A stretch of 64,000 bases of DNA. Source: the human T2T-CHM13v2.0 reference genome, Homo sapiens. The stretch is taken from the NCBI RefSeq assembly GCF_009914755.1, contig NC_060930.1. The stretch is one strand, 5' to 3'. A program made the position numbers and the translations under genes. The notes under the pieces were generated by a model. The model saw only the letters and a program-made list of their open reading frames with translations. It was not told the origin of the DNA and did not search any database. Positions 28,803 through 43,316 of the stretch are shown here, piece after piece. Positions within the stretch are counted from its first letter, which is position 1. Each line of letters opens with the position of its first letter.

Positions 28803-30491
28803 AATGGATGGAATGGAATACCGATATAGTATGACCGAAATTTTGGTGAGATTATGGATCATTTTTATTTCCTCCTGTATAGTTTTTGTATACTCTCCAA
28901 CATATCCTAGGACGAGCATGTATTACACTTCGACTAGTATTACATTTAGAATCAGATATGCAGTAAACATTTTTCCAAAATAAATATCTATCTCAAGAAA
29001 CAAAGGTCCTCACTTTGAGGCACATGAGTATATTTGTCTAATTTAAGAAAGAAATCCTGTTTCTTTAAATTCAAGTTTTGTGTTGGAGCTGCCACTGGGA
29101 GGTTGTGCTGAATTTCCCCCATTAAGCAATTTCCTAAGGAGAAACCACCTGATCAAGCACTCATTGCACCATTTCTTCAGATTTTTAATTTCAAAACATT
29201 TCACTTGGCAGAGGCAGACCAGGGAGTCCTGTCAGTGACTGCTGGTATTTGGCAATGACAGTGGAAACACAGGAAGGAACCAAGCACAGAGCAAGCCAGC
29301 ACACTTTAATCAGCTCCTAGCATTGCAAGAGCCAAGATTGACAAGGGCCTCACACCCCTAGGTATAAGCAAAGTGACACACTCCAGTGTAGCTGTGAGGT
29401 TTTATAGCAGTGTTATCACTCAGAGAACAGAGACATAAATGCAGAGGGGTTGGAAGAAAAGCACATAATGTTTTCACACACTAAGCTTAATTTCAATATT
29501 GTTTCACGCTCCTGGGGTTTTGTTATGAATGACTGTAAAACTACATCGTTTTGAAAATTAGCGGATTGCAAGGAAATTGCATCTTTGATGACGCTGGTGC
29601 AATGGGTTGATATACTGGTAGCTTGGCCTCACACCAGGGCATGCTAAGTTGGCCCTAGTTTCAGAGAAAAGATCTGAAGAAAATGACAAAAGATAACAGA
29701 AAAGTTTTTTTTTTTCTTTTGCATCCAGTACAAACTAAATTTAAAAAGAAAAAGAAAAAACAAAACAAAGGAAGAAAAAAAAAGAAATGCACAATGCCAA
29801 TAATATTCTAAGGAGTTATGCCTGTAATTTAAAAGTAGCTCTAGGGTATTTCTAACTTACATGACCAGTCTGTGCTGTATGGGGGTAGGGTGACACATGT
29901 AGCATTTGAACTTGACAGCATTAGACAGATAATGTTTCTATAATCCCCCTCATTTCTGAACAATTTCTTGTTGTATGATATATTGTTTCTACAGCTGTTC
30001 TACATTCAGTGGCCATAAAACCATCCATTTGTGTAATCTCAGGGCAAAAAGCACCACAAAGAGAAGCAATGGGACTGGGAAAATGATCCATCTTCATTTA
30101 TGCATTTAAAATTTTTCTCACTGTGATAGCCTGGTGAGGTGGATATCTTCTTTTGAAAACCACAGAGAGCCAGCTGCCTCTTCCTAGTCCAACAAACATC
30201 AGTACAGACAATAACATTAAGGATTCATAATCCCACATAGAAGTACATGACATTATCCTAACTAAATTTTGTCTTTTTACATCCCCAAGACTTATTAATA
30301 CATGGGATAAAAAGCTATGGGAGCTCCAGCTTCCACAGTGTGTGTGATGGATATTGTATTCCAGCTGTTCCATTTGGAGGCTTTTGTCCCAGATTCATCA
30401 AGTTCTGGTAGAAATAAACAGAATGTGAGTATCTGATTCTCATAGTTTTTCTAAGCATAGTTTTCTCATTTCTCCTTTCTTAAATGCCAAA

Positions 30492-30875
30492 AAGATTACT
30501 TAAATCACAAACATTATCAATTTTCTCATTTGTATGGAATTTTATCTCAGCTGAGTATGTTTTACCTCCAGACTGTGATAAATACCTCAAATATTTTAAG
30601 TCCTTTCCTGTGGAAGATACGCTGGCATTAGCTATACCATCATGCCCCTGCCTTTGCTAGTTTCTTTTTTCTTTACAAGACCTCTGACCATCGTCCATAG
30701 AACTGCTATTCTGTTGTCTCCTCCCTATCAACTCTCAGGCTTCTCTTAACATTGTCTTCCTGGACTTTAAACACTTTATATCACTTTTCCAGACTTTCCC
30801 CCAAGGTACAGACTTTGGATCCAACTGTCTATTTGACAACTGCACATTAACATCTATTAGGCACCACAAATTTAA
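30492..30875 (+). repeat. Probable source segment (copy C) of the local triplication, partly L2-derived
   Basis: L2-like sequence continues beyond 30875 only in this copy. Confidence 0.88.
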
Positions 30876-32151
30876 CCTGGCAGGGATACAACTATTGGCT
30901 TCCACCCCATCCCGCTCCTTTGAGAAGGAAGTTCTCAGGCCTTCATCATCACTGCAGCAAATGGTGAGACATCTACCAGTTGCTCAGACCTAACACCTGG
31001 GTGCCATTTTGCATTTCTTTTTCCTTCACATTCTAAATCCATCCAATCTATAAAAGCTAGTTCACAGAGACCCTTGGAATAGCTCTTTAATTCTTTAAAA
31101 TTGCTCTCCTGTTTCTCTGCTCCTGTCCAAAGAGTCCAAAGAGATACTTTAGAGTGTCTGGTCACTGAAGCAATCTGCTTCCTGGTCACTGCATGCTATG
31201 CTGAGATCAGCTGCTGATGTAACTGACAACATGGTTCTCTGCATGGTCAGAGGTGAGTGAGGGACTGTAGATAACTCAGCCATCCCTCAACTCTTATTGA
31301 TACTGCATGACCCGTCTAAGTTTCTGCCATTATCTTTCTTCAAGCCCTGGCCTTGTGATTCTATTGAATTGTTTTCAAATTCACCTACTCTTTTCTCTGT
31401 CATCTCAATTTTATTATTGAGCCCATGGAGTAAATTTTCATTTCGCATAGTTTTTAGTTCTGAAATTTTCACTTGCTTCCTTTTTATATTTCTACTTCTC
31501 TACTGAAAGTGTCTATGTTTCCATTTATTCCAGACTTTACCTTTACTTCATGAAGGATGATCAACATAGATGATTTAAAGGCTCTCCAACACACGAGTCA
31601 CCTGAAAATTAGCATCTGTTGATTATGTTTCCCATAAAAATTGGTCAGATTTTCCTGGTTTTTGTATATCGAGTAACTTTGGATTGTACCCTTGACTTCT
31701 TAGATACCTCTGGAGAAGGAGGATGTTTGCTTTTTGTTTGTTTGTTTTAGCAAAACAATCAACCCAGGTAGTTCTACTTCTGCGTCATCTTTTGGTGGTG
31801 GTTCCAATGGCAGTTCAGTTCTCTTTGACATTGCTATGCTGTTTGGATCTCCTGCATGCATGTGCCATCAGTTTGGTCTACAATTTGGGCTTTATTGTTC
31901 ACTTCCCAAAGCCTTTGCTGTTGTTCTTTGGATTTGTTCCATGCATACACAAGTTGGTGGTGAGCTCAGAATTGTGTCAATTCATACACAATATACCTCC
32001 CACCCCAACATACAAACACATCTGAACACCCTCTTCATGCAACAGCAAAGCCCATTTATTCTGGTTTGTCTATCCAGAGCTAGAGATTTTCTCTCAGGGC
32101 TTTTGAGGCCTCTTCTAGATATCTCATATACATATAATGACATAATATATA

Positions 32152-32798
32152 GTGTACTGACTTTAATTGCTGTATAACAAATTACTACAAACATAGTAGC
32201 TTAAAACAATACCCATTTTTCCTCACAGTCTCTGTAGGACAGAAGCCCAGGCCAGTTAGGTCCTCTGCTCAGGGTCTTCACAGGCTATAATCAAGGCGTC
32301 AGCCAGACTGTGTTCATATCTGCGGCTTGACTAGGGAAGAATCCATTTCCACATTTATTCAGGTTTTTGAAAGAATTTGGTTCCTTGTGGTTGTAAGACT
32401 GAAGTCCACACTTTGTTCCTGGCTGTCAGCGGGACACTGCTTATATCTCCTTGAGTCCTTGCCACAGGGTCCCCTCCATAGGCAGCTCGAAACAGATTCC
32501 TTCAAGGTCAATAAAAGGATCTCTATCACTCAGAACCTCTCTTTTCATACAAGATCTGGACTCTCTTTACTAGGGCCCACCTAATTAGCTCAGACCCACT
32601 CAGGGTGATTTCCCATTTGATTAACCTAATTACATTTGCATAATCTCTTTACCTTTGCCATATAACATAACCTAAGCACAGCAGTGACTATCCCATCACA
32701 TTCACTGGTCCGTTCTAAACCCAAGAGTGGGGATTACAAAGGGTCTGTGCACCAGGAGGAGGAATTTTAATGGCTACCTTAGAATTCTGCCTACCACA
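32152..32798 (-). mobile_element. MLT1E-like MaLR LTR
   Basis: attgctgtataacaaattact..aaac..agtagcttaaaacaa ... cttagaattctgcctaccaca. Confidence 0.85.
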
Positions 32799-35090
32799 GT
32801 GATATTTTGCATATGACTTCCTTCAGTTAGCAAAATGTTTTTGAGGCTCATCTGTCTTCTATTAGGTATCAGTAGTTCATTTCTTTTTATTGGTGAATAA
32901 AATGAATAGACTACATTTTGTTAATTACCAGTTGATGAAAATTTAAACTATTTCTATAATTTTGGCTATTATAAATAATAACTTTACAAACATTTATGTA
33001 AATGTTTTTCTTTTTCTTAAGTAGATGTCCAGGGGTGGAACTTCTGGGTTGGACAATAAATTTAAAGAGAAGCAAATCTTAGCAAAGGATATAGTTCCTG
33101 GACTCATATATCCTGATTTCAAATCCTAATTCTATTCTTACTAGCTGTGTGGTCTTCAGCAAATTATCTAACACACATGGCTTGACACAGAGCAGACACT
33201 GTAAACTACCATGAATACTCATTCTGAAAGCCCAGTAGGCATTCAACACATATTCGCTGATTGACTAACAGGTTGAAGATTCTTTCTCCCAAATAATCTG
33301 TATAACATATATAGTTTCTGAATATGACTTCCATGGAATTATGGCTCAGATTTCTTTTTCCATTTCTTAGTGACATGGCCTGTGTTTGGGGATAACTCTA
33401 TGATTGTTTCCTTTGAGAGGATTTGTCAAATAACCTGACACCCCCAAAGATTTCTTGATAAACATTACCCTTTCTCTTCCCCAATAACAAAGAAAAACAA
33501 TGAGATATTCCCATATCTGTAATGACTTTCCTGAACGGAAGTTGACACACTTATAATTTTTTTCCCACATGGGACTTTTAATATTCTGACCTATAACATC
33601 AAATAAACCCTGAGGTTTTTGTTTTTTGGTTTTGGTGGTTTTTTGTTTGTTTGTTTTTTTGTTTTTTAACTACAGGCTGGTGGTCTGTCTGGGATATATT
33701 TTATGTGTGAGGGAAAAATAAAATTTTATTTGCTGCCTGCAGACTAAATTCTTTTAAAGAAGAAAGTTTATTGATGTTGTAAGCAACATGATGCCTCTTG
33801 GGATGAAGGATGACCTGGGCTCAAGCCACCTCTGACGCCTCCCTCTCTTTCGTCACATTCTTTTAATTAAGAAGTCTGCTGATTGAAAGTTCATTTGCTG
33901 GCACATTTGTTAGTTTTGGCAAAATAAGGTTATGTTTTAAGAAATCTAACAGGCTTATGATGTCACGTTAAATAAGAGCACCTTCCCTTTTTAATGTTTC
34001 ATCATTTAGGTCACGTATTAAACCCTTAACATTTCTTCAAATTGTTACCTTACTATGACCCAACAATATGATAACCGCATCTTCATTTCCTGATTTTATG
34101 AAATATATAATTCCTATTAGAGAAAGGTCATAATAACTTACATGGTATTTCTATATCTCAAGCTTGTCATGGAAGAATTTTGTTCCCAGAAAGAAAATAG
34201 CTTAATTCCCCCTGAATTTAGATTATTTAGCCTGTCAGTCACCATCGTTTTGTGAATCACCTCAGGAAAAAAATGTGTCTCTCAGACCAGAAAATGAACT
34301 CCATAAAGATCCTAGTTTGCCACCATCAAGGACCCTGGGAAATCATTTTCAATCTTACGGGTTGTAAAGAGTTTCCTTTGTTTAAAAGCAAACTGGGAGT
34401 TAAAAAGCAAGGAAGTAGGAAGTTCCTAAAAATTAAATGAGGTCTTAGAAGTAAAGGTGTGGTAGCCGTGTCTCCAAAGTGATGTTTAATAGGACAGGGG
34501 TTTGCCACTGAGTAAATTAGCTATGGGAGGATTATAAACTGTGGCTTGTAAGCTTGAAATTTTTTACATTTTCATCTTGTTTCTCTGTTGTTCTAAGTAT
34601 TTAACAAATTCTTTTGGAAGTTCAGGCCTACTTGAGCTACAATGAACTATTCTAGAAGAGGGGAGTTTCTCCACACTTCTATTAGAGTTTGAAAGTGGAA
34701 GGCATCCTGCAATTTAGCTGGTAGTAGCAGCAGTAACTCCGTCGACAGCCCCCAAAAGGAAAATGACACTGAAGAGGATGCCTCTCATGTCATATGATTC
34801 AACCATATCTGGAGATCACCTTCCAATAGTAAAATCTTACAGGTTTTTTGTATGGACTAAGAAAGAAGTTTTCTCATACTACCCCTCCCTAACGTGGTCT
34901 CTGATGCTTCAACCCTTACAAAACAGAATTACTATCATGTTAATGATTATCTCAACTTGTTTTCTTTTTTTCAAGACGTTTATGATTTCTATCTACTCCA
35001 AGACGACTGTATGTTCTTTGACGCTAGGGATGTGACTTCAAATTTGCTATCTTCTCACGAGGATTATCACACACTGTGTAATGTACATAG

Positions 35091-35321
<231 letters not shown>

Positions 35322-35675
35322 TAAAAACTATTATTAATTTTTAATTTAATTGACTAGTTTATCATATTCTACAAACTACTGAGTTTTGTCATCATTTCTT
35401 TTGTGAAATATATCTAAATGTCATATCATGAGTTATTATCAGGTTCAACTAGCTGTAATGGAAAGATACAGAACAAGGAAACTTAAGTCAAAAGACCAGT
35501 TTCAGTCTAGGCTTGGCCCCTTACAAGTAACATAATCCAAGTCCTGGAGCCTCCTGTAAGCCTTCATTTAACTACTAAATAGCAAAATAAAATGTTTCTC
35601 TTAGAGTTGTGACAATTCATTGAAATCACATATGTGACGGTGCTTTATTATTTACAGTAGCAGTAGAAGTAGTAG

Positions 35676-36140
35676 TGTGTCCGGAGTTGGTTCCTTCCGG
35701 TGGGTTTGTGGTCTCACTGACTTCAAGAATGGAGCCACGGACCTTCGTGGTGAGTGTTACAGCTTTTAAAGATGGCAGGGACCCAAAGACTGAGCAACAG
35801 CAAGGTTTATTGTGAAGAGTGAAAGAACAAAGCTTTCATGGCACGGAAACGGACGCAAGGGGGTTGCCGCTGCTGGCTGGGGTGGCCAGCTTTTATTCTC
35901 TTATTTGTCCCCTCCCATGTTCCGTTTCTGTCCTATCAGAGTGCCCTTTTTTCAATCCTCCCTGCAATTGGCTACTTTTAGGATCCTGTTGATTGGTGCA
36001 TTTTACAGAACGCTGATTGGTGCATTTTACAATCCTCCTGCTAGCTACAGAGCGCTGATTGGTGCATTTTACAATCCTCTTGTAAGAAAAGTTCTCCAAG
36101 TCCCCACTCAACCCAGAAGTCCAGCTGGCTTCACCTCTCA
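35676..36140 (-). mobile_element. LTR12F (ERV9-family) solo LTR
   Basis: tgtgtccggagttgg...gctggcttcacctctca; repeated gattggtgcattttaca; TSD gtag/gaag. Confidence 0.93.
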
Positions 36141-39100
36141 GAAGCAGCTGCATCTATCAGGAACTAGAAAAGTGCTTTCATACATTTAGCTGGAGAAGAT
36201 GTTCTTTAATGGGAGGATAAAAAATATTCCATGTTAAAAACTAAACTTCAAAAAAGGAAGTAATATACATGCCTTAGCTGTATCTTATAGTAAGGTTAAC
36301 TGCAGTATCCATAGTTATATTCATTGATATTAAATTCCTTAAAGAAGATATCCAAAGGAGGGTCCCTAGTTTTTTTTTTAAATAGAAGAGATGAAATAGT
36401 AATAGGGAAAATGAAATGGTTGATCACAGCAATTTGAAATCGAGTAATTTTCCTTCTTCCTTTAAGAGAACATTACCATTCAATACTCTTTCAAAAGAAA
36501 TGCATCATTCATGTATTTCATAATAAATAAGTGAGAAAACCAACAATAATAATTTTTAAAACATAAACACTAAACTAAGACTGCTCACTTCCTTGCACCT
36601 CCAATGGATCAATTCCATTTGACAGACTGTGTCAGGTTTTCAACCTGCCCGTTCAAAAGCTAATAATGTGCAATCCCTAAAAAGCGTCATCTATGCTTCC
36701 TAGGAAGCTTCCTTTCTTAAACTGAAACTGAATCCGGAAAGCAGTGCTAATATGTTTCAAACCTGGCTCCTTCACACCACAAAATCAACTGTGCTTTTCA
36801 AGACAATCACTTCCAAACATGCAAACAGTTGAAATCCTCAGCATACTTTTACTTAACTTACACTCTGCTTCAAACACTGTCGTTTATAAAGCAATAATGA
36901 AAATAACAAGTCTATAAACCTGTGCTTACTGGCAGGGGTTTTAAGCTCCCAGGTCTTCAAACCTGTAGCTTAAGCAATGACTAGAAGAATTAAGGAAACA
37001 GAAGAAAAAGGGGAAGAGAAAAGGAAGGATCAATCTCTAACTCTATATCTCTGTGTGTGTCTATATATGTATGTGTGTGTCTATGTATATATTAGTTATA
37101 TGTCATGGAAAGAAAATACTGGGGGAAATAAGAAGATTCAGGAGAAAGAAGCTCAAAGAACTTTGGCCAGGAAACCACTTAGCTATAGCAAAACAACCAT
37201 GTGGTATCTGCAAATATGCTGAAAACCCTATAGTGACACCAAATCCAGGGACTATTTAGGGAGTGGTAATTCCACATTTTGTACATACATAGGAGGGAAT
37301 TGAGGGTGTTATCCTGCTTGGAAGTGGGCTAAGGTACCTTATTTAAATCTACAAACAGTTTTAATTTAGGTTACATGTTTATTTTGGGTGTCTGGAGGTG
37401 AGAGGCTAAGGAGGATTGGTGGAAAGAGCAAAATTTCTTAAGCAACTTTTGACACTACCAGTTTATTAAAGAATCTTCTTCTAAAGGTAAATGGGCTGAA
37501 AACAGATGTACTGAGTGAACTCATGCATTTTAGTGATATTTTCATTCTTGGGCCTTGCAGCCAACGACACTAGTTTTTTATGCTACACATTTTCTTCATC
37601 AACAGAAGGGTACAAGAGCAAGCTGAAAGCAGAGGCAAAGAGAAAGTATCCAAAGTTCTACTCCCAAGATTCACAAGTTCAGTTTGTGATATGTCTTAAC
37701 TTTCAATTAGACAAGGGCTCCGTCTGGGTGACAACAGTAAAGCCACATAACTGCTTTGATTGGATTTTATTTCTTTGCACAAAACAGGCCAGTTTTTTAG
37801 CCTTCAGTCTCATATAATTGTGGTTCTTTGTGAACAAAAGAACATGTTTTTAGTCTACTTTCTACGGATTTCTTATTTCAGGAAGATAACTTTAAATTTA
37901 TTTACTTCAATATGTTGAGACACATATATGACTTGAAAACGCTCTCCATTAAGGTTACAGGATTGAGATAAAATATGTTACTCTGGTTTTTAAAGTGGTC
38001 TTCAATGATCTGGAAAAGTCTCCCACCTGTAGGACTTCATCAAGGTCCTCTGAGTATTTCTTCACCTGATCCTCCCACAGGAGCAGGACTCACTCATGGG
38101 CAAGGTATTGGATCAATATTATAGTTCCAAGTTGATACAGAATTTAAAAACTAAAACACTCACTCCCTGAAGTTTGACTGTTGCTGCGTAGACAGACAAA
38201 CTGAGATTTCTGGGTTGGACATCTAGCACAGTCCATTTTATCATTCATCATTTTTAGATTTCAAATTGAGTGCAAAATGTCATGTAACCTATTTAAATCA
38301 TACTTACTAACAACCATGCAAGTAAAGGCAAAAAGGTTCTCATTCAGGAGGTTTTCATCCATTTCCTGAAACGTCCTGATGTGTGTAAAGATCGTGGCTG
38401 GCAAAACGTCCTAGAATTTCGTCCTGACTGGGACACTTATTTGAGATGGGCAGGTCACCTCTCCGACACTCACTAATTTCCTCCTCTTGTGAAATTCCTG
38501 ACCTGCTTTACCTCAAGATTTCTTAAGGAACAAACAAAATAATGTGACAACATTTTGAAGACTAATGTGTGATATTAACATAAAGTAAAATCTGTTTCAG
38601 TGTTCTAAGTTAAAATCTACAAATTGATTATGTTTCCAAGAGATATTCAAATAACTGTTAGCTATGATAGAAGTAAAATCTTTTAGTTTTAAAATGTAAA
38701 AAATAAGAGCCAGTGCACAAAACAGCTGTCTTTAGAGAGACTTCATTTGTTTATGATCATTTTTCAGCACTCTAAAATGGTCAGCAATGGTCTCATCCAT
38801 ACATCTGTATAACACTCCTAAAATATAAAATAATTCTGCACCAAAAAATCAAGACAGATGTAAAAATTTCTTTCCACAACTATCTAACAGCTAACTTCTG
38901 TGCTTCATCACTCATGAGGAAGTATTCATAAATGTAGCTGGAGCTGGGGAAGCTTTTCTCAGAAACAACAGAGGATAATGATATAAAGAATTATTCGATG
39001 AATGTTTCTGTGTTTTTTTACATGTGAAAACTATATGTATGCCCCTTTTCTTGTATCTACTAATGGAAACCATCTCATCTATTTACACTGTATAGATCTT

Positions 39101-41589
39101 CATTTGTTAAGCCAATGAATTCGTGACAATCAGTCTTAGGGCAACACGGCTAAACACAGGACCCTACTCCACCATTACGTTGTACATTTAAAACCATCAG
39201 AATTGGCTAAGTTTGGAGACTAGAATACCCAATCAATAAAAAGTGCTTCAATTTAGTTTTTAAACTACTGTCATCATGCTGCCTCATTATATTCCCTTAA
39301 AAATTGACTAGAGGCAATTTTGCTGAATATTGAAAATGGAAAGTAGTAAAAGTGGAGGAGAAAAAGGGGTGCCAACACCATTATAGAGTGGCTCACAAAG
39401 TTCTTGAGCATGAGGATTATGTATTAAATCTTTAATTTCGGCACAAAAATAAGTAAGTGTAAGTGTTACACATAGAATTACTCAGAGAATAGAGAAAGGC
39501 AAGAAGGATGAGGTGGCGAGGAGCAAAGAAGGGAGGACAGCAGGATGGATTACCACTACTTAAGTTACTAGGTGACTTGGTTTAGTAATAAAGTTGCAGT
39601 ATAGCGTTTTTAACTGTTCCCTAATATTACATCGCAAAGAGAAAAGATCATTGCCTCCTCAATGACTCCAATACATGAAATAGATACTATCCTGGATGTA
39701 GAATTCCCTACACCAAAACAAAACACAAGAAATACATGATACTAAAATGTTACTCCTTGGAAAAACTAAAAGTCACATTTTATTTGTAGAACTTAGACTT
39801 GATATTAATTATTCTTGTCAAATAGGTAAATGCATTAAATTTTAAGGCTAATCAAGTCTACTGGATTTGAAGTAGCATGTGCAGTATGTCCTGCCTCCAG
39901 GAATTGAAAATATTTGGCATTGCAAATAGGCCAGAAACCTGAGTGTTTGCTTCTCTATTTCTGTCAACCCCTTGGTCGATAGACCCTCCTTTGATACATT
40001 TTCATCAGTTTGCTTCCTGAACACAAATGATCTTGCGTGAGTTGAGAAAAATGGAAGGCAAATAGAAATGCAGCATTTGTCCAATACTGTTGTCAAACCA
40101 TCTTCAGAGTAATCAACTATTATTAGTTAATTATAACAATAAAGCTCTTCATGAACTGTAGCAAAATTTTCAATAATGTGCACTGTGTTTTTCATGACTT
40201 TCCATAGACCCTGGTAAAAAAACAGTCTGTCTCTTTAAGTATTGCAGAAAATAACCCTCTTCCAGGTACGGTAATTAACAGGATGATAGTAAAACTGTTC
40301 ATCTGATCTGCCCTGTACATAATTAATGTGTTTGTTACGAGATTGAAATTGCTCTTTTTTTTTTTCAGCAAGAGGAAAAAAAAAGGACTAACATAAAATG
40401 TTGATATTTTAAGTAAAAACGTAGATGTTTCCTATGAACCTGAAGGTATGACAAATAAAATGAGAGCTTGGAAAAGTATAATTATCATAAGAGAATCAAT
40501 TCCCTCTCCATCCTGATGATCTTCAGTGTCATTTCATTTTACATGACTGTGTGGTAGGTAACAGTAGAATAGCAGAAGAACTATCATGAAGCTCAAGAGG
40601 AAAACAATCTCCCACTATCAGTCACTTTTTGTTTCTTTCTTTGGCATTCGTTATTGAACTTTGGGGTTAAAGCCCTCTAGGCTCTCTTACCCTAAAACCC
40701 CTTAAAGTTTATTCTAGGTGGTGGAGGGGGCAGTGGCAGAGGAAGAAGACTGTGGATTCTTCAGGCTTAAAAAAAGAATATAGATCATGTGTACATTGAG
40801 CATTCTTCATAAATTCCAAGTGAACTAAATATCCTATGAAGTAATCTGATTTCTTGAAAGATGTGAGAGAGCAATAGCATTTTTGTCTTTGCGGGATCTA
40901 CCTGAGTCATCATGGCAACTTACAAGTGATTCCTTTCTGCTTATTAAGCCTTGGGCCACCAGCCAATCAACAGCAGAACCAGAAATGACTTCCTCAGGAG
41001 GAAGACCTCAGCCCAGGTGTATTCAGTTAAAGTCAACATTACTTGAATGTTTAATGTAGGAGAGTCCCTAACCTAGCACTGGGAGGGAATCAGATATCCT
41101 CAATTAACAGAAGAAACAAGAAAATTAAGGAGCTTCCAATGAGGAAGGAAAGAAATGACATCCAGTGAAAAATATGAAATACAATCAGAATATGGTCAAT
41201 AGAAAGTTCTTAATTGCTCTGAATACACAGAGATGAAGAGGTTGGTTTCTGTCATTCATCAGGCAGACCCCAGAAAGCTTTATAGTGGAGCTGATAGCCA
41301 ACCTGGCCGTTGAATGCCGAGGATTTTGATGGGACAGTGTTTTAGAAAGTGGGATTTCATAAAATGAAGATGACTTCAAAGGCCTAGAGATAGAAAAGTA
41401 TGTTTGGGGAAAAGTAAATATTTGGGAATGTGAGAGGGTTATTGTATTGTGTTGAGCTCTTTAGAATCAATGAAGGTCTGTCCTCTACTCCTGTAAAAAC
41501 CTGGAACATTGCTTCTTAAATTGGAGTCCAAAAATATATCTTCAGCAATCTCAAGGTCTCTTGAGTTTTATTTTTAAATTAAAGTTTCT

Positions 41590-41747
41590 ATTTCCATGAT
41601 GATACGTGGGGTGATGAAAACATTCTAAAAATTAAGATTATGGTGATGGTTGCAGAATTTTGTAAACATGATAAAAACCACTGCCTTGGGCATTTTAAGT
41701 AGATGAACATTATGGTAAGTATATTCTATCTTATAAAGCTGGTAAAG
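41590..41747 (+). mobile_element. L1MB/ME 3' end fragment
   Basis: ggggtgatgaaaacattctaaaa..gattatggtgatggttgca...ataaagctg. Confidence 0.8.
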
Positions 41748-43316
41748 ATTATTTTACACATTTTAAAGAGGCAAATATATTTTTAAATAATGAAATAAGA
41801 TCTTCATTACTTAACGTTATTATGCTATGTTGATCCCTGTGAGGCTCTTTGCTATATTTTAAAAGATCCCCAAGATTCCCTTTAAAGGGGTTTGTAGTTT
41901 AGTCCAAGGCTCTATAGGCACAGGATGGAGATAAAGAAATGAAAACTGCAGATGTTAAAAAGAAAGATATAGACATTAAAAGAGATGGGATCTTAACTTG
42001 TCTCCATGGCAGGAGAGACGATTTGGTTTAGAAATTCAACATTTCTTTGTTAACACATAGTATTTAAAAAGTAGAGATTTTAACTAATGTACATGTAGCA
42101 TGTATCAGCTTCTCTATCCCTGATTGGATTGTGACAATTTTCCTGTGCAGAATGCCAAGAGTTTGAAGTTAACTACCTTTTGATCAAGATTAGTTAATTA
42201 CCTGTACTTAGGTTCTCTCAATCTTTACTTTGGATCTTACAAGAATTAAAAGTATGATATAAACTTTAAAAGAAAACTGAAGGTTTAAAGAACTGCATTC
42301 TTTGTAAACATTCTTAAAAAACAAACTTATTGACATGGCTCATTTCCTTCTAAAGACAAAAATAAACACGCTGTTCACAATTTTTAAGTTTTATATGTGA
42401 CTGAGACAATTAGAAGAATCTCAGAAAGAGAATATCAGGAAAATGCAAAAAGCCAAGGGTTTCAAGGCAACTTAGAAAGACCAACCCTCTGGATAGGGTA
42501 GAACTTATTTATTTCATAAATTATAATACATTTAACAAAAAAATTAACAGAAATATCCTTTTCATATCAAGAAATTAAAAATAACCACGTATGTAAAGCA
42601 AAGGGACAGATGAGTCATAGACTGACCTGGTGACAGGCTGGAGCGTGAAATGAGAGCTTGTCCAACAGCTTGCCTGAGAAGAAGCCAAGGGACCAGCCAG
42701 GAAACCAGGAACGAAATATAGATGGCGGCATGTGTCACTTGGCACACCGCATGGTGACTCCAGTCCTGCCAAATGTACAGCAGGGACAGTCACAGCAGCT
42801 TAGCTGTATTTTAGGACCTAATCAAGGCATAAACCACAACTGCTGCTGTTGGTGGTTGACAAAGGAAACCAAACTGCATTTCTAATTGGGAAGAAGAAAA
42901 TGTGGGCAAGAGAACAACCAACCAAATCTCATTGGGAGAAACCAAGTGTGACTAGGTTCTGTCACAAAGTTAAGCAAGGGCACATGTTTCACCAAATCTT
43001 GAAAGAGAATCATCAGAATGGATTAAGAGACACCTTATGAGCATGTTGGCCAATACATTCTTACTAAACTGATGCTCACCATGATTTTCTTTCCTCCCTG
43101 CCTGAAGACAGATAATAAAGCTATACATAGCAAACAGATTGCCATGGCTCAAACATCTGTTTGTGAGCATAGTACTATGAATTGCTTGTTTTGTCTGTTT
43201 CATATTCTTTCTGCAGAACTGATGCTCCTAAATGATACAAGATGGTGGCTTAAAAAAAGATTTTAAATTGTGCCTGATACTTTTTCCTTTTAATTAGCAA
43301 TTTTATAAGTCCTTTT

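Noticed and set aside
30871-30890. Similarity to the U1 snRNA 5' end (acctggcaggg)
   Set aside because: Only ~11 nt with no continuation; lies in L2-derived sequence
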